Shown piece by piece: positions 1-10,280 of a DNA stretch of 64,000 nucleotides. Both the position numbers and the translations under genes were made by a program. Every line of letters begins with the position of its first letter. The first letter of the stretch is position 1. The notes beneath the pieces were generated by a model, which saw only the letters and a list, made by a program, of their open reading frames with translations, did not search any database and was not told where the DNA came from. The DNA comes from Squalus acanthias (Eukaryota): contig CM059431.1 of the NCBI GenBank assembly GCA_030390025.1, positions 151,220,001-151,284,000 of the forward strand. The letters run 5' to 3'.

Positions 1-35
1 CTGAGGGTCCAGTGTTCAAATCCCTGTCAATGGCG
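1..35 (+). pseudogene. TRK-TTT: tRNA-Lys(TTT)-derived copy, 3' half only (cut by window edge)
   Basis: CTGAGGGTCCAGTGTTCAAATCCCTGTCAATGGCG matches the 3' half of vertebrate tRNA-Lys-TTT and has the same downstream flank as the other copies. Confidence 0.85.
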
Positions 36-390
36 CTTCTTTAATCAATGAAAACAGCAATTTAAAGCCCCGAGGTTAGATTATAAATTAGCACAATCAT
101 CTTTTTAAAATGAAAAATGTTTTTTGAGACAGCAGGAAAGATTAGTGTCAAGTGATGGTGTTTTATGTTTCTCTGGGAAAGTAAGATTTGAAAGAATGAA
201 AGATAAGATCACGGTTGATCTGTATCAGAACTCCATCCCCCACCTTGGCTCCAGATTATTTTATACCCTTATCCAGCAAAACTCAATCAATCTCAGATTT
301 TAAATGTTTAATTGAACTGTTTTCTGTGGAAGAGAACTCTTCACTTCTACCACACTTTGCATGACGATTTTTTTCCTAACTTCACTCCTG

Positions 391-642
391 TAATGTTTTC
401 CTGACTGACCTGTTTGGACACCATCCACACTTTTGATTGCCGTGATTATTTCTCTGCCGAGGTGTGATAAAGGGCAGTTTTAAAGATTAACTATAATCAT
501 CTGGCAGTTTTCTCTGATTATATATGCTGTGCCTATATGCATCTCTTCTCTTCACCTGACGAAGGAGCAGCGCTCTGAAAGCTTGTGATTTCAATTAAAT
601 CTGTTGGACTATATCCTGGTGTTGTGCGACTTCTCACATTTG
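391..642 (+). mobile_element. Penelope-like element terminal (pLTR) fragment inserted into one unit
   Basis: Absent from the homologous position of other units (e.g. 4036-4050 TTCTCTCCTGAATGG). Flanked by a ~9-bp duplication TCACTCCTG (382-390) / TCTCTCCTG (643-651). Contains a hammerhead motif followed by an AATAAA-like site. Confidence 0.75.
552..588 (+). ncRNA. Minimal type I hammerhead ribozyme motif
   Basis: TCAC (552-555) / GTGA (585-588) stem I; CTGACGA core (556-562) plus an extra A; GGAGC-AGC-GCTCT stem II; GAAA (577-580); palindromic AAGCTT in place of stem III; predicted cleavage after 584. Confidence 0.7.
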
Positions 643-769
643 TCTCTCCTGAATGGCCTGGCTTTGTCTACCTCGTGCCGACACTGTTCTGGGAATGGAA
701 AATAAACACACTTCCCTTACTCCAATGTACAGCAGTGCTCAGACAGAGAGAGACAATGGAAATGTGAGA

Positions 770-1528
770 AGGAGTTGCATTTATATTGCAGCAAACACGC
801 ACAGAAGACGTCCCAAAGCGTTTTACAGCCAATTAAATACTTTCTCAAGTGTATTCATTGTTGTAATGTAGAAAACGTGGTAGTCAATTTGCACACAGCA
901 AGATCTCACAAATACCAATGAGAAACTTACGAGAACATCTGGCCGGCTTTGTGATGTTTGTTAAGGGCGTAAGTATATGCCCAGGAAAACGGGGAGAACT
1001 CCCCAGCTCTTCTCTAAAGATGAGTAACTTTACAGTGTCAGCCTTGACTCAGTTGGTAGCACACTCACATTTGAAGTCGCGAACTAGTCCTGGGTTCAAG
1101 TCTCATTCCATGGAACTTAAGCACCTAATCTAGGCTGACAATCCAGTGAAGTACCAAGAGAGCGCTGCACTGTCCACAATTCCGTCTTTCGGATGATATG
1201 TTAAACCGAGACCCCGTCTGCCCTCTCAGGTGGACATAAACAATCTCACGGTCCCTCTTGGAAGATGAGCAGGTGTGTTCTCCCCTTTGTCCTGGCTCAA
1301 TATTTACCCCATTAAAGAGATTGTCTGATCATTATCGCATTGCTGTTTGTGGGAACTTGCTGTACGAAAATTGGTTGCTGAGTTTCCTACATTACAGCAG
1401 TTCACAAGTATTCATTGGTTGTAAGGCGCTTTGGGAAATCCTGTTGTCGTAAAAGGCGCTATATCAATGCAAATTATTTATTTCTCCGAATAGTGCCATT
1501 GGATATTCCGCATCCACCTGAGAGGGCT
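770..1528. mobile_element. Nested DeuSINE pair (SacSINE1-like): full-length + copy ~1035-1482 inside a - copy (770-1014 and 1483-1528)
   Basis: tRNA-like head with A/B boxes (GACTCAGTTGG, GGTTCAAGTC), Deu-domain motifs (AAACCGAG..CCCTCTCAGGTGGA, TTGCTGTTTGTGGGA), and the tail GCGCTTTGGGA..AAGGCGCTATAT..ATGCAA. The same motifs are reverse-complemented on both sides. Confidence 0.85.
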
Positions 1529-1964
1529 GAGTTAATAGAAGTAAAAATCGGCAGAGATGTTAAACGGAGCAGCCGTTTCGCTATCTTCGTTTCACACTCT
1601 CGCATGAAGTCAATATTACCGGATTAGCACTGTATTTAGTCTGGAACCAGTCCCCGGGCTGGGAAATGCACCGCTGTGAATGCCGGGCTCACTGACTAGA
1701 CTCGCACGGCAATAGTGTCTTGATGACTCGCTGGAGAGTTCCTGGCACCCGCGCTCTGTTAACTAGGATAACACACAGTGAGGGGGAAGGAGAGAACAAA
1801 ACAGGTCTTTTTCAATATATACGCAGAATGCTTCATTTATTGTAATGCAAAGTCAATCATCTTACAGTATATCAGGACACAGAACGTCAGGAGACTATTG
1901 GCCAGTTACTTTTAATCAAACCTACTAAAAGATTCGCTTCTGGTTATATTTTTCAACCTTTACA

Positions 1965-2460
1965 GCATCAGAAGTTTGCAGATTCTACAAAAAATGGCCG
2001 TGTGGTTTATAATGAAGAAGAAAGCTGCAGACTGCAGGATGATATCAATGGACCGGTCAGGTGGGCAGAACAGTGGAAATTAGATTCAGTCTGGAGAAGT
2101 GTGAGGTAATGCATTTGGGGAGGGCTAGCAAGGCAAGGGAACACACTATAAATGGTAGGAAACTGTGAAGTGCAGAAGATCAAAGGGACCTTGGAGGGCA
2201 TGTCCACAGATTCCTGATGCGATACTTGCCTTTATTAACAGAGACATAGAATATAAGAGCAGGGAAATTATGCTTGAACTTTCTAAGACATTAGTTAGGC
2301 CTCAGCTAGAATACTGCGTGCAGTTCTGGTCACCACATTACAGGAATTATGTGATTGCACTAGAGAGGGTACAGAGGAGATTTACGAAGATGTTGCCTGA
2401 GCATAAACACCAGCACAGAGAATTAGGTCCGAATGGCCTTTGTCTGAGCTGTAGACTTGC
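1965..2460 (+). mobile_element. CR1 RT C-terminal fragment with internal deletions and 3' UTR tail
   Basis: KFADxTKIG-, LQEDINGLVRWAEQW- and LEYCVQFWSPHYR..LERVQRRFTKML-like peptides; GGCCGAATGGCC-type tail. Confidence 0.9.
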
Positions 2461-3605
2461 TGTAACTGGATCATATGAAATAACGTTGGGAGCATTTTCC
2501 ACTATACACAATCCTCGAATGGTCACCCAAACTAACTGAGTGGTTGTGAAACACTTTTCAAAGTGATATGGCCGAATAACAGTAAGTTTTTTTTCAAATA
2601 TTGCCTGATCCGAAACTCCGAAAGCCGCAAGTGAGGAGATGGAAAAAAGCATTTGAGAGCGGAAAGGGAACTTTATAAATCATGACAGGAAGCAGTCACA
2701 AGGAAGAGTAATACAAACTTACACTGCCCCATAGAGAGAAAATCTTGTTTGAATTAACCAATCGATCTGCAATCGCTACACTCAGATTGTAGGCAACAAT
2801 GGAAGCAATCATTGACATTTCTCCTGAGATGTGAACTGATTGGGCGGCATATCAGGTAACTGACAATATTTCGTCACGTGTTGAAGATGCTTCATATTTA
2901 TATTCACATTTATAGCTCTAAGAATCCTCCCCGGGGACAGTCCGATTACGCAATGATTTACATTATACACCCTCACTTGAGCAAACAGATTCAGGCACCA
3001 TCTGGTGTTGTTTTGATATTATTACAACGTTTAAACACTTTATATGCACTGTCTGAATGTAGATAAAGGTGTGATGAGTAGAGTGAGTGATACAAAGAGA
3101 AACCAGCAGAGGGAGATAGATAAAGGTGATACATAGTACAGTTATCTGTTTGCAAAGTCCAGTTGAGGCCGAAACAGTGTTTTATAAAAGTTTAGCTTAA
3201 CATCCTGGCTTTGTACTCGTTTCCTCTACTAATAAAGCTAAGGACCGCACATGCTTTTTTAACAGTCTTCGAAACTTGTCCTGTCACCGGCAAAGATTTG
3301 TGTACATAAACTCCATGTCGGCCTTTATGTGAAGGTGGTCTAAATATAAAGGGGTGGATGTTATGTTACCGTATTACAAAGATCTGGTTAGACCGCATTT
3401 AGATTACTGGATTGATTTGTGGGTAACGCACATCACGAAGCACAAACAGGTTTAGTGTGTTTGAGATAGAAGGTGCTGAGAAGAGGTGTCGACCTGAATC
3501 AATGGGGTGACGGTGCGTGTACTCAGAGGGCGGCTGTGGGCAGGAAGTGAAGGGAATGTAATTCTCTGACAGCCAATTAATGCCGCTGTTTCGGTAATGT
3601 TCAGC

Positions 3606-3679
3606 GCGCTGATTGGTCAGACAGTAGAGCATCAGACTTTTAATCTGAGGGTCCAGGGGCAAAAGTCCCTTTTCGTGCG
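3606..3679 (+). pseudogene. TRK-TTT: tRNA-Lys(TTT) pseudogene
   Basis: Anticodon arm TCAGA-CTTTTAA-TCTGA intact; derived 5' half GCGCTGATTGGTCAGACAGT; T-loop destroyed (GGGGCAAAAGT). Confidence 0.9.
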
Positions 3680-3854
3680 CTTCTTTAATCAATGGAAGCA
3701 GCAATTTAAAGCACCGACGTTCGATTATAACTTATCATAATCATCGTTTTAAATTGAAAATATTTTTTGAGACAGCAGGAAAGATCAGCGTCAATTGCTC
3801 GTGTTTTATGGTTCTCTAGGAAAGTAAGCTTTGAAAGAATGAAAGATAATATCA

Positions 3855-4058
3855 CGGCTGGTCTGTATCAGATCTGTATCCGAGCTCCATCATCCGCCTT
3901 GGCTCCATAACCTTTTGTACGCTTGTCCAGCAAAACTCAAACGATCTCAGATTTAAAATGTTGAATTGAACTGTTTTCTGCAGGAGGGAACTCCACACTT
4001 CTACCACACTTTGCATGAAGAACTTTTTCCTAACTTCTCTCCTGAATGGCCTGGCCTT
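3855..4058 (-). mobile_element. CR1 LINE 3'-end fragment (representative; also ~205-390, 8048-8250, 12468-12672, 21690-21882, 37015-37218, 41184-41385)
   Basis: Minus strand reads like the CR1 ORF2 C-terminus (RPFRREVRKKFFMQSVVEVWSSLP) followed by 3' UTR. Confidence 0.75.
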
Positions 4059-4181
4059 GTCTACCTCGTGCCGACACTGTTCTGGGAATGGAAAATTAAC
4101 AAACTTCCCTTACTCCGATGTGCAGCAGTGCTCAGACAGAGAGAGACAATGGAAATGTGAGAATAATTTAAAAGTGTAATA

Positions 4182-4942
4182 AGGAGTTGCATGTATACAG
4201 CGCCTATCACGCACACAGGACTTCCCAAAGCGTTTTACAGCCAATTAAATACTTTCTCAAGTGATTAAATTGTTGTAATGTAGGAAAAGTGGTTGTCAAT
4301 TTGCACACAGCAAGATCCCACAAATACCAATGAGAAAATTACCAGATCATCTGGCCGGTTTTGTGAAGTTTTTTAAGGGTGTAAATATTGTCCCAGGACA
4401 ACGGGGAGAACTCCCCAGCTCTTCTCTAAAATTGAGTAACTTTACAGTGTCAACCTTGTCTCAGTTGGGAGAACTCTCACTTCTGAATTCGCGAACTAGT
4501 CCTGGTTTCAAGTCTCACTCCATGGAAAGTAAGCACCTAATCTAGGCTGACAATCCAGTGCAGTACCAAGAGAGCGCTGCACTGTCCACAATTCCGTCTG
4601 TCGGATGAGATGTTAAACCGAGGCCCCGTCTGGTCTCTGGTGGAAATAAACAATCTCACGGTGACTCTTGGAAGATGAGCTGGGATATTCTTCCGTTAAT
4701 CCTGGCTCAATATTTACCTCCCTAAAGAGATTGTCTGATCTTTATCTAATTGTTGTTTGTCGGATCTTGCTGTTCGAACATTGGTTGCTGCGTTTCCCAC
4801 ATTACAACAGTTCAACATTACTTCATTGGTTGTAAGGCGCTTTGGGATATCCTGAGGTAGTAAAAGGCGCTATATCAATGCAAATTCTTTCTTTCTCCGA
4901 ATAGTGCCATGGGATCTTTCACATCCACCTGAGAGGGCAGAC
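4182..4942. mobile_element. Nested antiparallel DeuSINE pair
   Basis: Homologous to 770-1528; + copy ~4447-4894. Confidence 0.85.
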
Positions 4943-5377
4943 TTTATAGGAAGTAAAAACCGGCAGGGATGAGCAACGCGGTAGCCGTTTCGCTATCGCC
5001 CATTTCCCACCATCGCATGAAGTCAATATCACCGGATTATCACTGCAGTTAGTCTGGAACCAATCCGCGTGCTGGGAAATGCACCGCTGTGAATGCTGGG
5101 CTCACTGACTAGACTCACACGGCAATAGTGTCTTGGTGAAACGCTGGAGAGTTCCTTTCACCCGCGCTCTGTTAACTAAGATAACACACAGTGAGGGGGA
5201 AGGAGAGAACACAGCAGAGCTCTTTCAATATATTCGCAGAATGCTTCATTTATTGTAATGCAAAGTCAATCATCTTAAAGTATATCAGGACACAGAACGT
5301 CAGGAGACTATTGGCCAGTAACTTTTAATCAATAATCACTAAAAGATACGCTCTGGTTATATTTTTAAAGCTTTACA

Positions 5378-5870
5378 GCATCAGAAGTTTGTAGATGCTG
5401 CAAAAATTGGCCGTGTGGTTGATAATGAAGAAGAAAGCTGCAGACTGCAGGAAGATATCAATGGACTGGGCAGATCAGTGGCAAATGGAATTCAGTCTGG
5501 AGAAGTGTGAGGTAATATATTTGGGGAGGGCTAACAAGGCAAAGGAAAACACTATAAATGGTAGGACACTGTGAAGTGCAGAAGATCAAAGTGACTTTGG
5601 AGTGCATTTACACAGATTCCTGAAGGGATACTTGAATTTATTAATCGAGGCATAGAATATAAGAGCAGGGAAATTGTGCTTGAACTGTCTAAGACGCTAG
5701 TTAGGCCTTAGCTAGAATACTGCGTGCTGTTCTGGTCAGCACATTACAGGAAGAATGTGTTTGCACCAGAGAGGTAGCAGAGGAGAATTACGAAGATATT
5801 TGCGGAGCATAAAAACCAGCACAGATAATTAGGGCCGAATGGCCTGTGTCTGTGCTGTAGACTCGCTGTA
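5378..5870 (+). mobile_element. CR1 RT fragment (unit copy)
   Basis: Homologous to 1965-2460. Confidence 0.9.
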
Positions 5871-6459
5871 AATCGATGATATGAAGTAAAGTTGGGAGTA
5901 TTTTCCACTATATACAATCCACGAATGCTCATCCAAACTAACTGAGTGGTTGTGAAACACTTTTCAAAGTGAAATGTCCAGATAACAGTAAGGTTTATTT
6001 CAAATAATGCCTGATCCGAAACGCCGAAAGCTGCAAGTGAGGGGTTAGAAAAACAAATTTGAGAGCGGAAAGGGATCTTTATAAAACATGACAGGAAGCA
6101 GTCACAAGGAAAGTAATACAGACTTACACTGCCACATACAGAGAAAACTTGTTTGAATTAATCAATCGATCTCCAATAGCTGCACTCAGATTGTAGCCAA
6201 CAATGGAAGCAATCATTGACATTTCCCCTCAGATGTGATCTGATTGGGCGGCGTATCAGGTAACTGGCAATATGTTGTCACGTATTGAAAATGATTCATA
6301 TTTATATTCACATTTAAAGCTCTAGGAATCCTCCCCGGGGACAGTACGATTACACAGTGATTTACATTAGTCACCCTCACTTGAGCAAACAGATTCAGAC
6401 ACCATCTGGTGTTGTTTAGATATTATCAAAACATTTAAAAACTTTATATGCACTGTCTC

Positions 6460-6715
6460 AATGTAGATAAAGTTGTGACTGAGTACAGTTAGTGATACAA
6501 AGAGAAACCAGCAAAGGGAGATAGATAAAGGTGTGTTTAAGTACACTGAGTGATGCACAGAGAAAACAGCAGAGGGACATCGATAAAGGTGTGGCTGAGT
6601 ACTGTGATACAGAGAGGCACCAGCAGAGGGAGTTAGTTAAATCTGAGACTGAGTACAGTGAGTGATACAGAGTGACCAGCAGAGGGAGGTAGATAAAGGT
6701 GATACTGAAAACAGT
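6460..6715. repeat. 52-58 bp minisatellite GAGTACAGTGAGTGATACAGAGAGACACCAGCAGAGGGAGATAGATAAAGGTGTGACT, ~4.5 copies
   Basis: Direct tandem repeats. Homologous arrays at ~3060-3140, 10855-11125, 24270-24518, 39620-39820, 43955-44150 and 57890-58085. Confidence 0.9.
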
Positions 6716-6729
6716 TTTCTGTTTGTAAA

Positions 6730-7495
6730 GTCCAGTTGAGGCCGAATCAGTGTTTTATAAAAGTTTAGCATAACATCCTGGCTTTGTACTCTATTCAACT
6801 ATTAATAAAGCTAAAGATCCCACATGCTTTTTTAACAGTCTTCAAAACTTGTCCAGCCACCGGCAAAGATTTGTGTACATAAACTCCATGTGGGCCTTTA
6901 TCTGAATGTGGCTGAAATATAAAGGGGTGGATGTTATGTTACGGTATTACAAAGATCTGGTTAGACCCTATTTAGGTTATTGGATTGCGTTCTGAGTAAC
7001 GCACATCACGAAGCACAAACAAGTTGCAGCGCACAGGTTCCAGAATTATACCGGTGCTAAAAGGGTTACATTATGAAGACAGGCTAGGCTGGTATTCATT
7101 TGAGTATATAAAATGAAGACGTGAGCTAGTTAACCTACATAAGATAATGAAATGAGTTGATATTACAGATATAGAGAAACTATTTGCTCCGTTGGAGGAA
7201 TGCAGAACAAGCGTCTTAACCTTAAAATCAGAGGTAGGCCTTTCAGGGCTGATGTCATTAAGCCCTACATCATACACTGTGAAGTGGAAATCTGGAACAC
7301 TCCGCCACACAAACCTGATGAAGCTGCGGCTCAATTGAACACTCCAAAACTCAAATTAGCAGATATTTCTCACGCAAGGATACTAAGGGTTAGGGAACTA
7401 AGGCGTGTACATGGAGGTAAGATGCAGATCAATCATTATATGACTGAATGGTGGAACAGGCTTGAGGGGCTGACTAGTTTACTCCTGTTCCTATA
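6730..7495. mobile_element. Head-to-head CR1 fragments: - ~6730-6890 and + 3' end ~6910-7495 (also ~3155-3450 truncated, 11143-11915, 24533-25303, 29090-29878, 39835-40602, 44167-44902, 58103-58873)
   Basis: + part encodes YKGVDVML..LVR.QLDYWIQFW.. and LKIRGRPFRADV..VEIWN.LP and ends in a GGCTTGAGGGGCTGAATGGCCTACTCCTG-type tail; the - part is the same ORF2 region inverted. Confidence 0.85.
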
Positions 7496-7799
7496 ATCCG
7501 ATAAAAAGATTAGGTGCTGAGATTAAGGAGCAGGGAATCATATTTTGGAGAAGGGATGAGATTGAGGAGTAGCGATCAGATTGCAGGCAAGATTTCAGAT
7601 TCAGGGGAAAGGGTCATTTCAGTTCGGAGGAGACTCAGTGTTGTTAGTGTGTTTGAGATAGAATGTGCTGAGAAGAGGTGTCGAGCTGAAGCAATGGGGT
7701 GACGGTGCTTGTGTTCAGAGGGCGGCTGTGAGTAGGAAGTGAAGGAAATGTAATTCTCTGACACAGCCAATGAGTGTCGCTGTTTCGGTAATATTCAGC

Positions 7800-7872
7800 G
7801 CCCTGATTGGTCAGACAGTAGAGCAACAGACTTTTAATCTGAAGGGTCAGGGTTCAAGTCTCTATTCGGGGC
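7800..7872 (+). pseudogene. TRK-TTT: tRNA-Lys(TTT) pseudogene
   Basis: GCCCTGATTGGTCAGACAGTAGAGC...CTTTTAA...GGTTCAAGTC; mismatches in the D, T and acceptor stems. Confidence 0.9.
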
Positions 7873-8374
7873 TTCTTTAATCCATGGAAACAGCAATTTA
7901 AAGCACCGACGTTCGATTATAACTTATCATAATCATCGTTTAAAATTGAAAAATATTTTTTGAGACAGCAGGAAAGATCAGCGTCAATTGCTCGTGTTTT
8001 ATGGTTCTCTAGGAAAGTAAGCTTTGAAAGATTGAAAGATAAGATCACGGCTGGTCTGTATTAGATCTGTATCCGAGCTCCATCACCCGACTTGGCTCCA
8101 TATCCTTTTGTATCCTTGTCCAGCAAAACTCAATCGATCGCCGATTTAAAATGTTTGATTGAACTGTTTTCTGTAGGAGAGAATTCCGCACTTCTACCCC
8201 ACTTTGCATGAAGAACTTTTTCCTAACTTCTCTCCTGAATGGCCTGGCTTTGTCTAACGCGTGCCGACACTGTTCTGGGAACGGAAAATTAACAAACTTC
8301 CATTACTCCGATATGCAGCAGTCCTCAAAAAGAGAGAGACAATGGAAATGTGAGAATAATTTAAAAGTTTAAGA

Positions 8375-9136
8375 AGAAGTTGCATTTATACTGCGCCTAT
8401 CACGCACACAGGACTTCACAAAGCGTTTTACAGCCAATTAAATACTTTCTCAAGTGATTAAATTGTTGTAATGTAGGAAAAGTCGTAGTCAATTTGCACA
8501 CAGCAAGATCCCTCAAATACCAATGAGAAAATTACCAGATCATCTGGCCGGTTTTGTGAAGTTTGTTAAGGGCGTAAATATTGTCCCAGGACATCGGAGA
8601 GAACACCCCAGCTCTTCTCTAAAGATGAGTAACTTTACAGTGTAAGCCTTGTCTCAGTTGGGAGAACACTCACTTCTGAATGTGCGAACTAGTCCTGGTT
8701 TCCAGTCTCACTCCATGGAAAGTAAGCACCTTCTCTTGCCTGACAATCCAGTGCAGTAGCAAGAGAGCGCTTACTGTCCACAATTCCGTCTGTCGGATGA
8801 TATGTTAAACCGAGGCCCCGTCTGCCCTCTCAGGTGGACATAAACAATCTCACGGTCCTTCTTGCAAGATGAGTAGGGGTATTCTCCCGTTAATCCTGGA
8901 TCAATATTTACCCCACTAAAGAGATTGTTTGATCATTATCGCATTGTTGTTTAAGTGATCTTGCTATTCGAACATTTTTTGCTGCGTTTCCAATATTACA
9001 ATAGTTCAAAAGTATTTATTTGGATCTAAGGCGCTTTGGGATATACTGAGATTGTAAAAGGCGCTATATCAATGCCAATTCTTTCTTTCTCCTAATAGTG
9101 GCATGGTATCTTCCACATCCACCTGAGAGGGCAGAC
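8375..9136. mobile_element. Nested antiparallel DeuSINE pair
   Basis: Homologous to 770-1528; + copy ~8640-9088. Confidence 0.85.
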
Positions 9137-9424
9137 CTTAATGGAAGGAAAAATCGGCTGGAATGAGTAACGGGGCAACCGTTTCGCTATCGCCCGTTTC
9201 ACACTCTCGCATGATGTGAATATTACCGGATACCACTGCATTTAGTGTGGAACCAATCCCCGGGCTGGGAAATGCACTGGTGTGAATGCTGGCCTCACTG
9301 ACTAGAATCGCACGGCAATAGTGTCTTGGTGACCCGCTGGAGAGTTCCTGCACCCGCGCTCTGTTAGCTAAGATGGCACAAAGTGAGGGGGAAGAGAGAA
9401 CAAAACAGCTCAATTTTCAATAAA

Positions 9425-9650
9425 TTATCATCTGTAGTTGTTTTGTTATTTTTAAAACGGTTAAACACTTTATATGCACTGCCTGAGGGTAGATAAATGT
9501 GAGACTGAGTAAAGTGAGTGATGCACAGGGACACCAGCAGAGGGAGATAGATAGAGATGTGACTGAGTACTGTGATACAGAGAGACACCAGCAGTAATAG
9601 AAAGCTAAATCTGAGACTGAGTACAGTGAGTGATGCAGAGAGACCAGCAT
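9425..9650. repeat. Ectopic copy of the minisatellite plus its 5' flank (also ~42538-42760)
   Basis: CATCTG..GTTGTTTTG..TATATGCACTG plus ~3 minisatellite units, sitting where other units have only GCAGAATGCTTC. Confidence 0.85.
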
Positions 9651-9779
9651 TTATTTTAATGCAATATCAAGCATCTTACAGTATATCAGGACACTGAACG
9701 TCAGGAAACTATTGGCCAGTTGCTTTTAATCAATATCTACAAAAAGAGTCGCTTCTGCTTAAGTTTTTAAAGCTTTATA

Positions 9780-10280
9780 GCATCAGAAGTTTGCAGATGC
9801 TACAAAAATTGGCCGTGTGGTTGATAATGAAGAAGAAAGCTGCAGAATGCAGGAAGATATCAGTGGACTGGTCAGGTGGGCAGAACAGTGGCAAATGGAA
9901 TTCAGTCTGGAGAAGTGTGAGGTAATGCATTTGGGGAGGGCTAACAAGGCAAGGGAAAACACTATAGATGGTAGGACACTGTGAAGTGCAGAAGATCAAA
10001 GTGACTTTGGAGTGTATTTACACAGATTCCTGAAGGGATACTTGACTTTATTAACAGGGGCATACAATATAAGATTAGGGAAATTGTGCTTGTACTGTCT
10101 AAGACGCTAGTTAGGCCTCAGCAAGCATACTGCGTGCAGTTCTGGTCACCACATTACAGGAAGGATGTGATTGCACTAGAGAGGCAGCAGAGGAGAATTA
10201 CGAAGATATTTGCTGAGCATAAACACCAGCAAAGAGAATTAGGGCCGGTGGCCTGTGTCTGCGCTGTAGACTCGCTCTAA
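9780..10280 (+). mobile_element. CR1 RT fragment (unit copy)
   Basis: Homologous to 1965-2460; ORF 10086-10280 YCVQFWSPHYRKDVIALER. Confidence 0.9.

Noticed and set aside
918..1133. Recurrent 71-aa ORF (MRKLPDHLAG..SKHLI)
   Set aside because: Spans the junction of two opposed SINEs; a chance frame copied with the repeat.
3606..3679. tRNA-Lys copies as heads of a tRNA-Lys SINE
   Set aside because: They are full 73-nt tRNA bodies with shared upstream flanks, no SINE body or tail and no TSDs; they were amplified as DNA units.
7514..7702. ORF MLRLRSRESYFGEGMRLRS.. upstream of the tRNA copies
   Set aside because: Derives from short degenerate GAGATTGAGGAG/TCAGATT repeats, has a GTG start and variable indels between units.
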